A stretch of 64,000 bases of DNA, from the NCBI GenBank assembly GCA_017654855.1, contig CM030336.1, forward strand, positions 2,170,001 to 2,234,000. Direction: 5' to 3'. Position 1 is the first letter of the stretch, and each line of letters opens with the position of its first letter. The notes beneath the pieces were generated by a model that did not search any database, was not told where the DNA came from, and was given only the letters and a program-made list of their open reading frames with translations. Both the position numbers and the translations under genes were made by a program. This stretch comes from Podospora anserina (lineage: Eukaryota). Shown here one piece after another: positions 35,269 through 48,242 of the stretch.

Positions 35269-38200
35269 TTATATTCCACCGTCTGTTTCCGTTGGCAGCT
35301 CGCGGATCCTCTCAATAGCAGCAAGCTCAACTGGTGGGCCCATAAATTCCCTCATCGCACAGTATGATGAGGACCCAGATAATAACCCAGATGTATCAGG
35401 GCATGCGAAATTTGCCTGTTAAAAATCGACAATCTCAGCTCATTTCTCTCCACGCCATAAGGTGGTATTGTTACTTACCCTCCCTGTCATGGGTATCTTT
35501 TTAATCCAGCCCGTAGCTCTCGCCGAATCAGCCCAGGCCACCAGAACATTTTCCTCGTCCGCTATGGTCACAAATGACATGGCGAACGATTCACTTTTTG
35601 CTGTAAGCTCCTTCGAGATAGCTACTCTTCTGATATCGATGGGGCTGGAATTCAAGTTGGACACTTCAAAAACGTAACCTCTGTCGTAAATCATGACCAG
35701 CTCCCGGCCTGAGGGGGAGAAAGCAGCACACTGAATTCTGGTTCCTAGTTTGGTGGATTTACCAGACCCGTCAACTTTAATCTCACTCCTCTGTCCGTCC
35801 TGCGGCTGTATTAAAATAGGAGTACCGGATTGGGTCCAAGTCGTAATACAAACCAACGTTTCCTCGCCATCCGATCCAGGTCGAAATATGGCCGCGGACA
35901 AACCGTTGTCCTCTGATTCGTGAAGTGGGATTAAATACCGGCAGGCTGCCAGCTCTTGGAATTCGTGAAATGGGAATCGCCAAGAAAATATCTGCACTAG
36001 CCCCGTTTTCGAACTTCTTGTGCTCGCTAGAAGTGTGAACCCATCCTGAGAAAATGCCAGGGTGTCGACTGACGGACATCCCCTGCAATCCCGGTGCGAT
36101 GATGCATGTAGACGGTCTTCTCGCGGTTGCTCTGATGTTTTTGCCTTGAAGAAACGCACAGTGGCATTCTCAAAACCAACCACCACATAGTTTTCCTCTC
36201 GGTCAATCGCTAATGCTTTTGCCCATAATGTGGATGGGATGCGGTACTCTATAACTGAGACGGTAGGTTGCACGAGATTCACAATACGCAGCTGCAAAAA
36301 GTCGTCAGACTGCGTCGAAAATGGAGAAAGATGGTAATGCAAACCGTAAGTTTCTGATCTCTTGTTCCAATAACATATGCTAAATGAGTCCTGGCGACGG
36401 CTGCCAGGATACAAGTGCTCTCTGGCTGAATGGCCCGCATCATGGTGGGAGGGGAAGTGGCAACATCCCACACATGTATGAGCAGCTGGGTCCAAAATAG
36501 AGCGAGGGTAGAGCTTTGCGAGAGAGTAACATTGATATTCTTCGACGATTTCCCTCTCCCTTGATGTTTCTGGATGACAAAGGGGAGTCAGAGTGATTTC
36601 CTCGAGCTTTTGGGCTTCAAGCGTAGTCGAAGACAAGGAACTCGAGTCTGCTATTACGCCAGCAGGTGGTTTTTTGCTAGTTGTAAACTTCGGCCTCCAT
36701 TTCGACTTTCCTTTCTGCGCCGACGTTACCACGGGGACAGATCTCGGGGTGCTTATGGATGAAGCCTCATCTGTGTTATGCTGCAGCCGTTTAAATATAG
36801 GCGAGTCGTGGGAGAAGGTGGGCCGATCTGTTAGCAAGGCTGGATCAAGCTTGTTATGATGGTCCGAAAGTGTGCTTCTGTTGTCTGCTTGTGATTGTTG
36901 ATGACGTAGCGGTAATGGGCTTTGGGAGTGATTGGGGCTTTGAGGCGACAGAAGCCCAGTATACAGAGAGCCAATGGGATCTATGGATACAGGGCTGGAA
37001 AGGACCATCTTTGGTAGGTGCGAAGAGCCATAGGCTTCGTGTCCGCCCAATTTCCCAGCTCCTATACCGAGTGTATTGCCGTATTCTAGTGACGTGAAGC
37101 CGCTCGTCTGTGGCTTGGGCGGCCGTAGTAGAAATTGTGTGGGTAAATGACGTTCCAGGCTGACGGTGTCAGCATCAAGACGGAGTGGTTCCAGTAGTTC
37201 CCAAGTCTGCCGTACTGTTGATATCTCCCGTGCAATGGTGATGGCTTCTCCGCAGTGTATGCATCTTGCTTTGGGTGGAAGCTGTCTAACAACATGACCA
37301 TGTTCGGTGGGCTTGCAGAGGAAAGCGATTAGCCACCTTGGAAGAGGAGATGGGTTCGCGACCTAGGAAAAAATGAGAAGTAAGACTCACAGTATTGATG
37401 TCCGTTGGCTTCAACTGAGATGCACCTATGATGTGACATTCCGGGCAAATCACAGAGTACAGACCAGGCCGCTGATTCGGCATGAACTGCCCACTGGGAT
37501 TGTCCTGAAGAGCAATGTTTCTGACAACCTGAGACATGTTATGGACCGTCTCCCGGTCACTGACGCGGTGAATAGCCTGACGGGCTACAAGCCTCGCGAA
37601 TAGAGCATCCAATGCATCCAGTTCGAATTCCTCGACACAGATCCCTGCGGTGTCTTGATGAGATAGGTCCAGGGTGTCGGGTAAGACTATACGAGAAATA
37701 GTGCTCAGTGTTGCAACCATCTCCACCCGGGAGAATTGGGGGGGGATACGTAAGGCATCGAGCGCACTCAGAACCGCATTTCTGGAATGCGCCAGGGCTG
37801 GCTCGAGACGCAGTTCTCGAGTCTCCTTGTTGGCAGCATATTGGATTGAGGCGGCAACTACGAATTGCGACACGTCTCGTAATGCTAGATATTTTACAAG
37901 CCAGTCTCCAGGGTAGCCTGCTGGCACAATGTCGGCGATAGCAGCGGGCTGAAGACAGGGGGGAACGGAGACTACGAGACAACATTCGGGTTAGCGATGA
38001 CGGACCATGAAGTGCGAGGTAGTATAAAGGTTGGTCCCCCTACCAGCTGCGATGCCAAATTTGGTAGTCCGGATGCCAATGCAGGGGGAAGACCCAAGCT
38101 GTCAGGGTCAAGGTGGAGCTGGGTAGTGATCTCCTTGCAAGCCGCGAGTGGAAACGAGTTCGGGCCAGGAAAGCTATCGAAAACCTGCTCCAAGAGACCG

Positions 38201-38754
38201 TGAATGCGAGCAAAACGCTCACGGCGGTCTCGAGATCGCTGGATCGCTGGGGGTTTGGGGTGAAGTCTATCGAGGGACGGTTAGTCACCTGGTCGCCGAA
38301 GGTCACCAGCTTTCGGAAGAATTGTGAATATGGGGCGAGCGTACGTCAGGACGCGAAGGCTGGACAAAAGAAAACCGGCCAGATATCTCTCTCGCAGCAA
38401 ACGGTTCTCCCAGATGGTCTCGCGACTCTCATTGATGGTTTGAAGAACAAACTCAACGGACCGCAGAGCCACCTCCCAGCTGACGAGAAAACCCAGATAC
38501 CAAGCGGTGTGGACATTGACGACGGGGAGGGTCAGCCGGTGGATATCGAATATAGATTTGAGCTGTGAGAGCAAAGTGATCACCAGTTGCTGGTACGTAT
38601 CCCGGTCGGAAGCGTCTGCGTACATCCTTTCCAAAGAGAAGCATCCAAGCAGCTCCAAGACGATGTCATCTACATCACTCCGGAGGACCAATGCCCTCCA
38701 GACATTCGTTAGCCGCAACAATAACGACGAGGGCATTGTACTAGCCATAGTCAT
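35269..38754 (-). CDS. Large multi-exon fungal protein with a C-terminal WD40-like beta-propeller; apparent frameshift(s), possible pseudogene
   Basis: ORFs 38281-38754, 37972-38193, 37286-37927, 35440-37050 and 36279-36473 join through GT-AG introns. WD-like segments (VVVGFENATVRFF, VDTLAFSQDG, IQCAAFSPSG). Last exon ANFACPD...TDGGI-stop. A frame change without an intron occurs at ~36580. Confidence 0.7.
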
Positions 38755-40264
38755 GCGACACCGGGCTTTTGGAGATAATATGCCGGGGACGGAGGGCAGG
38801 TAAGGCGAAGGGGATGGCGGTGCCTCTCACGAGGTACGCGCGGGGGCTGCGGGGAGGGCACCGCCGCTTCGCACTTCTCAGATGCCTTCCCCAGCTGATT
38901 ACCGATGATTAAGCCTAATCTTGTTTCGATTGGGCTGTTTTCGCTCTTCATCTGTATGTCAACATCTCCAAGAGGAGTTGGTCCTGAAGTGCACAATGAG
39001 TCGGAAGGACAGGGTAGATTCGGGACAGAAATTGGGAAATGATAGGCAGTTGAGAAAGGGGGGAGGGGTAGGACGAGTCTGTACCCGGCCACCAAAGCGA
39101 AGCTAAGGACTAGGTTTACGGCTTTGGTGGGAGGGGGTGGAATACCATCTGAGCAATGCCGTGGTCCCCTCCATTGGCTTGGGGTTGGCCGGGCAGGGTG
39201 CACAGGAACAAGAAGCACGAGGGGGTGAAGGTCTGTGGAATATAAGTGGCTGGGCTCGCAACCACATCTCACGGTGGTGCACAAAGTGAACATATACGAT
39301 GCGAGCCCGGAACAGTTGTCGGGAGAAGCTACCACTCGCCGTATTAATGAAGGGTTGCAAAAGGAGCCATGTGTGATGTTTGGTTCATCTGTGGCCATTG
39401 TGCGAGTCCCTCTGAGTCGGCTCCAGACCTGCGGTTCAATATGGGGCAGCTTGGGATCTCGAGGGACCCAGTCAATCAGGTTGCCACAGCCAAATAGAGA
39501 GTTACACTAGGTGTGGAGACATGGGACAGTTGAGACTTGGCATGCAGATCAAAAGAACGCTAGCACTGGCAGGGGTTAAGTTTCCTCTGGTGTGGCTTGC
39601 TGCTTGCATCTACATTTCACCGTTGAAGGTATCGTGCCACTTCTGGTCACCCACATCTGAACCCACATGCCGGATAGCGACCTTGTTCAGCTTCTGAGTG
39701 GTTGCCATGGCCTACATCTCGACCGCCTGTCGTATTCCGTATTAGATGCCGCTGCTGTACCTCGACACCTCCTATACATGATACAGACCAATGGCCGTCA
39801 TGTCTTAGCTGGCCATGCCTTTTACTGTGCAAGGAAGCACGAAGAACCATCGTCGGAGACGGCTACCAACCTGAAGAAGTAAGAAAGGGCTATTATTGCC
39901 CCGATGTGTTCGCTGGCCACCCATGATACACTGCGGGCAAATATGAGCTGAACCCGGCAATTATAGAATGTTGCATGATTGCCGTGCTGGGTTTGTTTGC
40001 TCCTGCCCTGATTCGTTCGTATTTTTAACCCCATGATTATAATGCAGCACCCAACACGCTTTGCCATACTCCACACCACTTGGAATCCCAGTTTGCTGAA
40101 GGAGCAAATGTATAATAACCATTAGTATCCCATCAGTCACCAGCCCTGCCAGGTGTTGGAAACATGGTGGTATCCAGGACAAGCAACGATTTGATCACGT
40201 CCTGATTCCACTTACCAGAACGTTCGACAACTTACTCAGTCTAGTAGACCGATTTGTTTTCAGG

Positions 40265-43239
40265 ATGATTCCTGGCGAATCTGTGTCCTGGTCGGGTCAA
40301 CCTGCCACGGACTACGAAAAGCCAGAGGCATTGGACCCTCAAATCTTCACAGGGGGCCCTCAGCTGGATGGCGAAGCCACTCTACATGGCTACGAGGACC
40401 CGAGCCCTCCCGGGGACACCAAAAAATTTCGTGCAGAGAGCTTATGGTATGTTGGGAGGGAGAATTTCTGTCCTTTTTCATGCCTGTTAATTGACACTTG
40501 AGGTTTCATAAGGCGAGTATTGGACGAGAGACATATAAACGTAAGATCCCCGGACATGGACACGGCCGAGTATCGCCGCCATATCAAATAACTAGATGTT
40601 ACGGATCTAGATGATCGCATTCTCTGGGTGGGTTATTGCCTGTGCTTCTTTGCACCCGAATACCGGACTAACCAAGGCTTCTGAGTGGTAGCACAATAGG
40701 CAATGGTATGTGCCCTATTTCTCAACAGAATAGGTGTTGAGGACTTATTAATCGCTGGCATAGGACTTTTTTTAGGAAGTGGGAGATCACTTGCGAGCGC
40801 GGGTCCTGGCGGTGCAGTTCTCTGTTACATACTCATGGGAACAGGTAAGATGTTTGATTGTTACCAGCACTTCAACCCGATGGCATGAAGCTAATTCATA
40901 CACAACCATTTAGTCATTGCCTCAGTGATAAGCTGTCTCGTCAGTTCAGAATTACCATTTATTTTGTGTCATTTGTCCCGACCTACTGACCGTGACGTCC
41001 CACAGGGTAAAAATGACTGCGTTGATGTCGGTCAACGCCCCTGTCATGGAATTTCCCCGCCGTTTCATGAGTCGTGGTGTAGGATTTGCTGTTGGGTGGG
41101 TCTATTGGTTGGTATTTCATGATTCACAGTGAATATGCCACTGTAAAGGCTTGTCCCATACCCTGACAACTCCGTGTCCAAACAGGTTTGCATACGCTGT
41201 GCTGGCTGGTGAGCAGCTAGTGGCAGTATCGAATGCCATCAATTCCGTTATGATGACGGAATAACTTCTCTCAATTGGGAGGTGGGTCAGAGGGTTGATA
41301 ATGCCGTGTGGATATCCGTGTTTTTGATTCTGGTCATATTGTTCAATATGTTTCCAGTCCGAGTAAGTATGACCTGTCGGAAACTCTAGCAGACCCATGC
41401 TAATGCTGCCATTCAAGGTGTTTGGGGAATTGGAATACATTTTCGGCTGTTTCAAGCTCATGTTTATCATATTACTGATCATGGTGGGTGCAGCTTCTGG
41501 TGTCTTGGATTATCACCATTCCTTTGTCTCCGTGTTACTCATATTGGTGATGACTAGATGATGTGTTTTCTATCTATTGTTCAGCGTCAGTTTACACCTT
41601 CCACTACCCCATTTGTTCCGGCCTGCCAGCTACTTACATTACGTCGTCGAAGCTCGAGGGGAAGCCTACTATCATGAACCTCTTGGCACTCGATGTGAGT
41701 TCTGATACACCAACGGGACAGGGCATGGCTGACGACCCACACAGATGGGAATCATCCTTACTCGTTTTTCAACCTCGTGTACAACGCCAAGGACGAGAAT
41801 CTGAAAGTCGAGCATTCCATTGAAGGGTCACTGGGAACTCTTCTAGGTGTCTGGTAAGCACGATACTCAGCTGTCGTGATTGGCCGTTGACGTAGCTAGG
41901 ACTCCGCGCATAGGACAACATTCACGAGTGTCATGTCCTCTTATATCGGCATGGATATCGTCGCAGCTACAGCGGCAGAGAGCCGAGCATTGAGTGACGT
42001 CGAGAGCATGAAAATGGCCGCTCGCAAAATCAACCTTCGTGTCATTACGTTGTATTCGCTGGCCATGCTCCCCGCATCGTTTGTTGTCCCCATGGACCAC
42101 CCTTTCATCAATGGCCACAGTACCTCGGTCGGTGCACGCTCCATTTTCATTATCGCCGTCGTGGAGGCTGGCATGCCCAAAGTTGCCCACTTTTTCAACG
42201 CAGTCTTTGTCTTCTCGGCCTTCACTTGCGGTATTAACTCTATGTATATCGCGACGAGGGTTTTGCATACCCTGGCTCTTCGCGGTCAGACCGGCCCTGA
42301 GTTTATTACGAGACGTCTTCGCCAGTGTCGATCTGGGGTGCCATCATGATGGTCGCTTACATGGGCCGTGAAGGCTCAGTTGGGGCAGTAAGTACTGCTG
42401 CCCTTCTTAGTGGACATCTGCTGATTTATAATGCCACAATTAGAGACTTGACGAGCTAGCCAACAACTGCACTGTATCCTGTAAGTCCCTCTTCCCTATC
42501 TCACCATGCATGCTTTGAAACCCGAGTGAGACCGACTGGCTAATGAAACATGCACAGGTCTCGTGTAAGTGAAAGCTATATTTACCGGATTTCTTTCTAG
42601 ATTCTGGGTCAGCCTTTTGAGAAAAACGCCAGGGTACTGATGAATGTGTCTAGTGTTTATGCCTCCATATGTGCAACCTATCTGTACTTTTTCCGGACGT
42701 GAGTCTTCCACAAGTTAAATTTCTGAGCCATTTGCAGCTCTGACATCTCACCTCTAGACTTGAAGATGCCCAAATATACGGCAATACGTCTGAGTCGCAG
42801 GCAGCGAGCTATGATCGAGACAACCCTCGGTATCCATACAAGTCCCACGGGCAATGGCTCAAAGCTTGCTATGGTTTAGTTGCTTGTGTCGTTCTTATCC
42901 TCTTCAACGGCGTAGGCGCCTTTATTGAGCCCTTGAGCATTCGCAAGTTCATTGCTGCTTATATTAGTGTAAGTGCTCGAGCTCAGGCGGATTGCCAACG
43001 CAGCGCATGATACTGACCAGTCACAGCTTCCGGTGTTCATTTTACTCATCTTGTGTTATAATATCCGTAAACACGGGTTCCGGTTTAGGGATTGGTGGAC
43101 AGACAAGTCGGGCGACTTGAGCCAGACCGTGCAGGCTTCAAGCCATACGCGGAAGGGAAGGCTCGAGTTCCCTGACAGTGGCATCACAGGACACAACTGG
43201 CAAGTCTTTGTTCATTGGGTCTGGGTATGGTGGAAGTAA
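40265..43239 (+). CDS. Amino-acid permease (APC/YAT family), many introns; apparent frameshifting deletion near 42345
   Basis: Motifs GIGLFLGSGRSLASAGPGGAVLCY, VFGELEYIFGCFKL, SYIGMDIVAATAAE, HFFNAVFVFSAFTCGINSMYIATRVL and YPYKSHGQWLKA. Confidence 0.85.
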
Positions 43240-44065
43240 AGTGGATATAGCTAAACAGCAACGCTGCACCTCTTAACTTTGTGGAGATGAAAGTACTGAA
43301 GTATTATGGCGAAGCTATTGTGTATAGTTGTATTACGGGGGCTTGGGAGAATCTGCCCCGTTGCTAGTTAGCTGCTTGTCGTATCAATCTCATGCCCCGG
43401 CACACTCGTGCAAGAAAATTCAAGGTGGTTATCGAATCAAAGGCCCGACAAAATAATCAAGAATAGCTTAGGGGTCATTGAACATTCATCATGTTGCTAT
43501 ACTCGAGGCCTATATTCTATTTCTATACCGCCTGTAACTAGGTAACAAAGTTCCTCCAAACTGTTGTTATCTCCGTTTCCTGTCCATAACGTACCGGGAA
43601 AGATATTGATATATATAGAGATCGTTTGTTTTGTCTGAAAAACTGAAAGAAACACTTCAAAGTCACCACATGTCATTGGTGAAACAGAGCTTTGGTTTGA
43701 ATCAATTAGAGGCCAACGATATGGTCACAGACAAAACTAAACACTCGTTTTGATGCTATGATTCTACCGTTCTCATATACACAGTGTAGGCATACAACCA
43801 AAAGCACTGCCATATTATACACATATACACACGCCTTGTCCCATTGTCAAACCAAACCCACGACTTATACCGACAGATCAGGACAGCCCAGAGGTACACA
43901 CGTAGGAGCAGGCATTGCCAGTTGCAAAAAATGCCCATATCTAATTGGAAACGCCCCATGATGCACCATGCCAGTGAAAAAGGCCCTTTGATAATTTACA
44001 TTATACATACGCATTCAACCCGGAAAAGACAAGTGAATGACGCTACCCCTGCAAGTGATACTCAT

Positions 44066-45556
44066 CTACAAAAGCATCTTACGGGGATCCTCAATGTACT
44101 CCTTTACCTTGACCAAGAACTGCACGGCCTCTCTGCCGTCAAGAAGACGATGGTCATAGGTAAGTGCCAGGTACATCATGGGACGGATCTCAATCTTGCC
44201 ATTGACGACAACTGGGCGCTCCTTAGTGGCATGAAGACCAAGCACGGCGCTTTGGGGAAGGTTGATGATGGGGGTGCCCATGAGGGAACCGAAGACACCA
44301 CCGTTGCTGATGGTGAAGGTGCCGCCAGCCATGTCCTCAATAGTGAGCTTGCCGTCGCGAGCCTGTTAAAAGGGTTTCCATGTTAGGGTCTGAGACTTGC
44401 AGAGCTTTTTTGCAAATGGTGACTTTAGACGTACCTTCTTGCCCAGCTCAGCGATGGACCTCTCGATGCCAACAAGATCCATAGCCTCAGCGTTGCGGAC
44501 AACAGGGGTAACGAGACCCTTCTCAGTAGCAACAGCAACGCTGATGTCGACGTAGTCCCTGTAGACGATGGTATCACCGCCATTGGGACCTTCAATCGAG
44601 GCGTTGACGGCAGGAATATCGCGCATGGCAAGTACGGCAGCACGCGAGAAAGCGCTCATGAAGCCAAGCTTGACACCAGTCTTCTTGAGAACCTCCTCCT
44701 TATACTTGTTGCGGAATTCCATCAGAGCTGACATGTCGACCTCGTTGAATGTGGTCAGGGAAGCGGCGGTGTTTTGAGACTGCTTCAAGCGCTCGGCAAT
44801 GCGAAGACGCATCCGGTTCATCTTGACCTGTTGGGCTTCAGTCAGCAAAAGGGCACGCTTAGCTGGCAGTGTGATTGTGCAAGTATAATCGTACCCTCTT
44901 CTCCTCGCGGTTGCCCAGAGTGGCGGGCTTCTCAGGGGCGGCCGCTGGAGCGGGCTTGCTCTTGGGTTCTGGTGTCTCCTGTTTAGGGGGGGGAGGGGCA
45001 GAGGCAGCAGGCTTGCTCTCCTCCTGCTTGGGCTCGGGAGCCTTCTCAGGCTCGGCCTTCTTTTCGGGAGCCGATTCCTTGGGCTCAGCGGCAGGCTTGT
45101 CGCCCGACGGCGCACCTCCAAGCTCGATACGCACGAGATCCTGGCCAACAACGACGGTATCCTCCTCGTTGGCGAGGAACTCCTTGATGACACCGGCCTC
45201 AGGAGCATTGACAGCAACATCAATCTGTTGCGTTACGACACATCAGTTAGACCGGAAGCAAGTGACACAAAAGGACTTCGCGGAAGAGTCCTGATGGGCT
45301 GGGCTATGCGTACCTTGTCGGTCTCAATGGTCGCAATCTCCTCATCCTGCTCAACAAAGTCACCAACTGACTTGTTCCACTGCTTCAGAGTACCCTCGCT
45401 GATCGACTCGGCCATTTGCGGCACCTTGACGATCTTGTCGGCATATGTCCGCACATGTTGGAACTGCAGGGGCAGTTGTCGCAGGGCTGTATTGTTGTTG
45501 TAGAGCGCAAATTTGGGAGCAGCGCGAGCCGCAAGGCGGAGACCTCTGTACACCAT
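44066..45556 (-). CDS. KGD2: Mitochondrial dihydrolipoamide succinyltransferase (2-oxoglutarate dehydrogenase E2)
   Basis: Lipoyl domain [14 protein letters not shown]...IETDK, catalytic domain [17 protein letters not shown]...[12 protein letters not shown], three GT-AG introns. Confidence 0.97.
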
Positions 45557-46545
45557 ATTGTCGACGTGCGTATGCTAGGACGAGTATGCGGTTGTTTACT
45601 GCGGGAATTCGTAGATCGGGTGCAGCACGAGCCTGGGTTCGGCAGAGAGACGCGGGAGGTTCGAGTCAACAGCTTTTTTGGCTGGGAAAGAGCGCAAGGC
45701 AGGGTGAGGTCACAAACAAAAGATGCCGCGTAAAGACCGCACTGGGCAACCAAATGATGAATTTGACCTTGTGCGCTGCGATGGGTTGGTCGAGACGTTG
45801 AAGGAGGAGTCTTGAGAGCGAGGAGTGATGTGTAGGCAAGAGGTTGAATTGCGCCGTTGAGACAGGAGGTTGCTTTCCGAAATCCAGGTTGGAAAAAACT
45901 AGCTACGGCGTCCAGTTGGCAGACTCACAATCCTTGCACGAAGCACACAGCTGGGAGCGGTGCCACGGCGCTGCCGGCGCATCACGGCTAACATATTGCA
46001 CGGCCTCCACTCGCCAACCGTCTGGTGACCTCAACTTGCAGCAGCTTTGGCGTGGCGGCCAAAGTACTCACCGGGGCCGCACGGGTCTCTCTGGGCTCGG
46101 CAATATGGAACGGAACGTCAGCGCCTTGGGACTCAAACGTCGTTGGCTAGGTAGGCTGTCTGACAGTCGGGAGCCCCACTGACCGGTGCTTGGGCGGTTG
46201 CAGCTTAATCCGCTCCGGCAGCCCATCTCGCGGGTTCGGGTTGGAGAAGCAGCAGCGAGCCACCGTCACCCACGATGAGACTGTGGCCTGAGGCAGAAAC
46301 ACCTTGCAGCTTGGCAGCAAGCTCCCTCCAATCCACTTTGTCATTTGAGCTCAAACCCGACGACCTCATATCCACGTCCGCGACCCTCGTCCACACCCTG
46401 CTATTGGACCTGGGACTAACGCTGCTTGATCTTTTGAATCTGCTTTCTGGGCCTTGACGCTCAGCACGGCGGTTGAGGCGCCGAACACACTGCAACCCAG
46501 ATTGACCGAGGTTTCCGACGTCACGATCCCGCAAAGCTGCCCATT

Positions 46546-47120
46546 ATGTCCTCCCGGATGGCGGCCTTGTCAGTTATATCCCCACATCTTCACCATACCA
46601 TGTCCCAGGTCGTCCACTGACATCATCTTCTAGGTCGCTTTATCGCCGCTCTTTGAAGCTCGCGCTCGACTGGTCGGTACACCGTGATGTCTGGCGCGGC
46701 CAGGCGCTCTACATCCGCTCCCTGTTTGAGAAGAACCGGGCTGTCACCGACCCTAGACTACAGCGTGTACGCTTTCAATCCGACGACCCTTGATGCCGAA
46801 GACAGGAGATATGGCAACTGACAAGAAGGTTCACGAACATGTACAGGCGCTGTTGAAAGAGACAGAGAAGTTGTTGGAGAAGTGGAAGCACCCCGACCCT
46901 TATATCCCCCCAACGGCCCCCGGAGGTATGCCCCACACAACCTTTATAACCTATTGATGCAAGATATACTGACAATATTCCACAGGATCCAAGTACGAGA
47001 GAAACTTGCAAGTCCCCAACCTCGACCGTGAGTCTGCAGCACTCCCTATCATTCTCAATGTGCAAGTCGCCTGGCTGACATATGTTTTCGTGTGCAGCTC
47101 CCCCGCCGCTCAAGTTCTGA
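46546..47120 (+). CDS. NADH:ubiquinone oxidoreductase B22 subunit (NDUFB9-like, LYR family), spliced
   Basis: Exons give MSSRMAALSLYRRSLKLALDWSVHRDVWRGQALYIRSLFEKNR...KWKHPDPYIPPTAPGGSKYERNL...PPPLKF-stop. Four GT-AG introns; missed by the ORF track. Confidence 0.9.
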
Positions 47121-47630
47121 TCCAACATTGGCAATGGAGATGGAATGTACATAAGGTTAGACGAGGAGACTGGAGTGGAGAACAGACACATGCCATGGGC
47201 GACGTCGAATGCAAAGTGGTTGCCTCCAACCTGTAGCTTCCAGATGGGCGTATCTTGACAAAAGCTTAGTTTCGTGCTGAGCATTCACCTGACATCATTG
47301 ACCGGTGCAGAAAGATCTCGAGATCCAGCGACACCACACCTCAACAGCGGATGGTTTTTCCGGCCTAGCCTGAGACGCTCGTAGCTTCACCACTGTAATG
47401 CAGGACAACCCAGAACCGATACAGCAGGACAATGGCAAAATAAAATGATGATCTTTAGAAGGTATTCTCATTCGTGCCCATCCATGACCATGCCCATCAT
47501 GGAATTAATGTACAACCCGCAAACGCGATAAAAAGCAACCGTTGACCCTAGACCGTGACCCCAATATCATGAACCCAACGTGCCGACCGAAAAATGAAAG
47601 CAGAAAAGACGACAAAATTCCACAACCCAT

Positions 47631-48242
<612 letters not shown>

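Noticed and set aside
38751-40182. ORFs such as 38751-39398 upstream of the WD40-like gene
   Set aside because: No motifs; most likely chance frames in a GC-balanced divergent promoter/UTR region.
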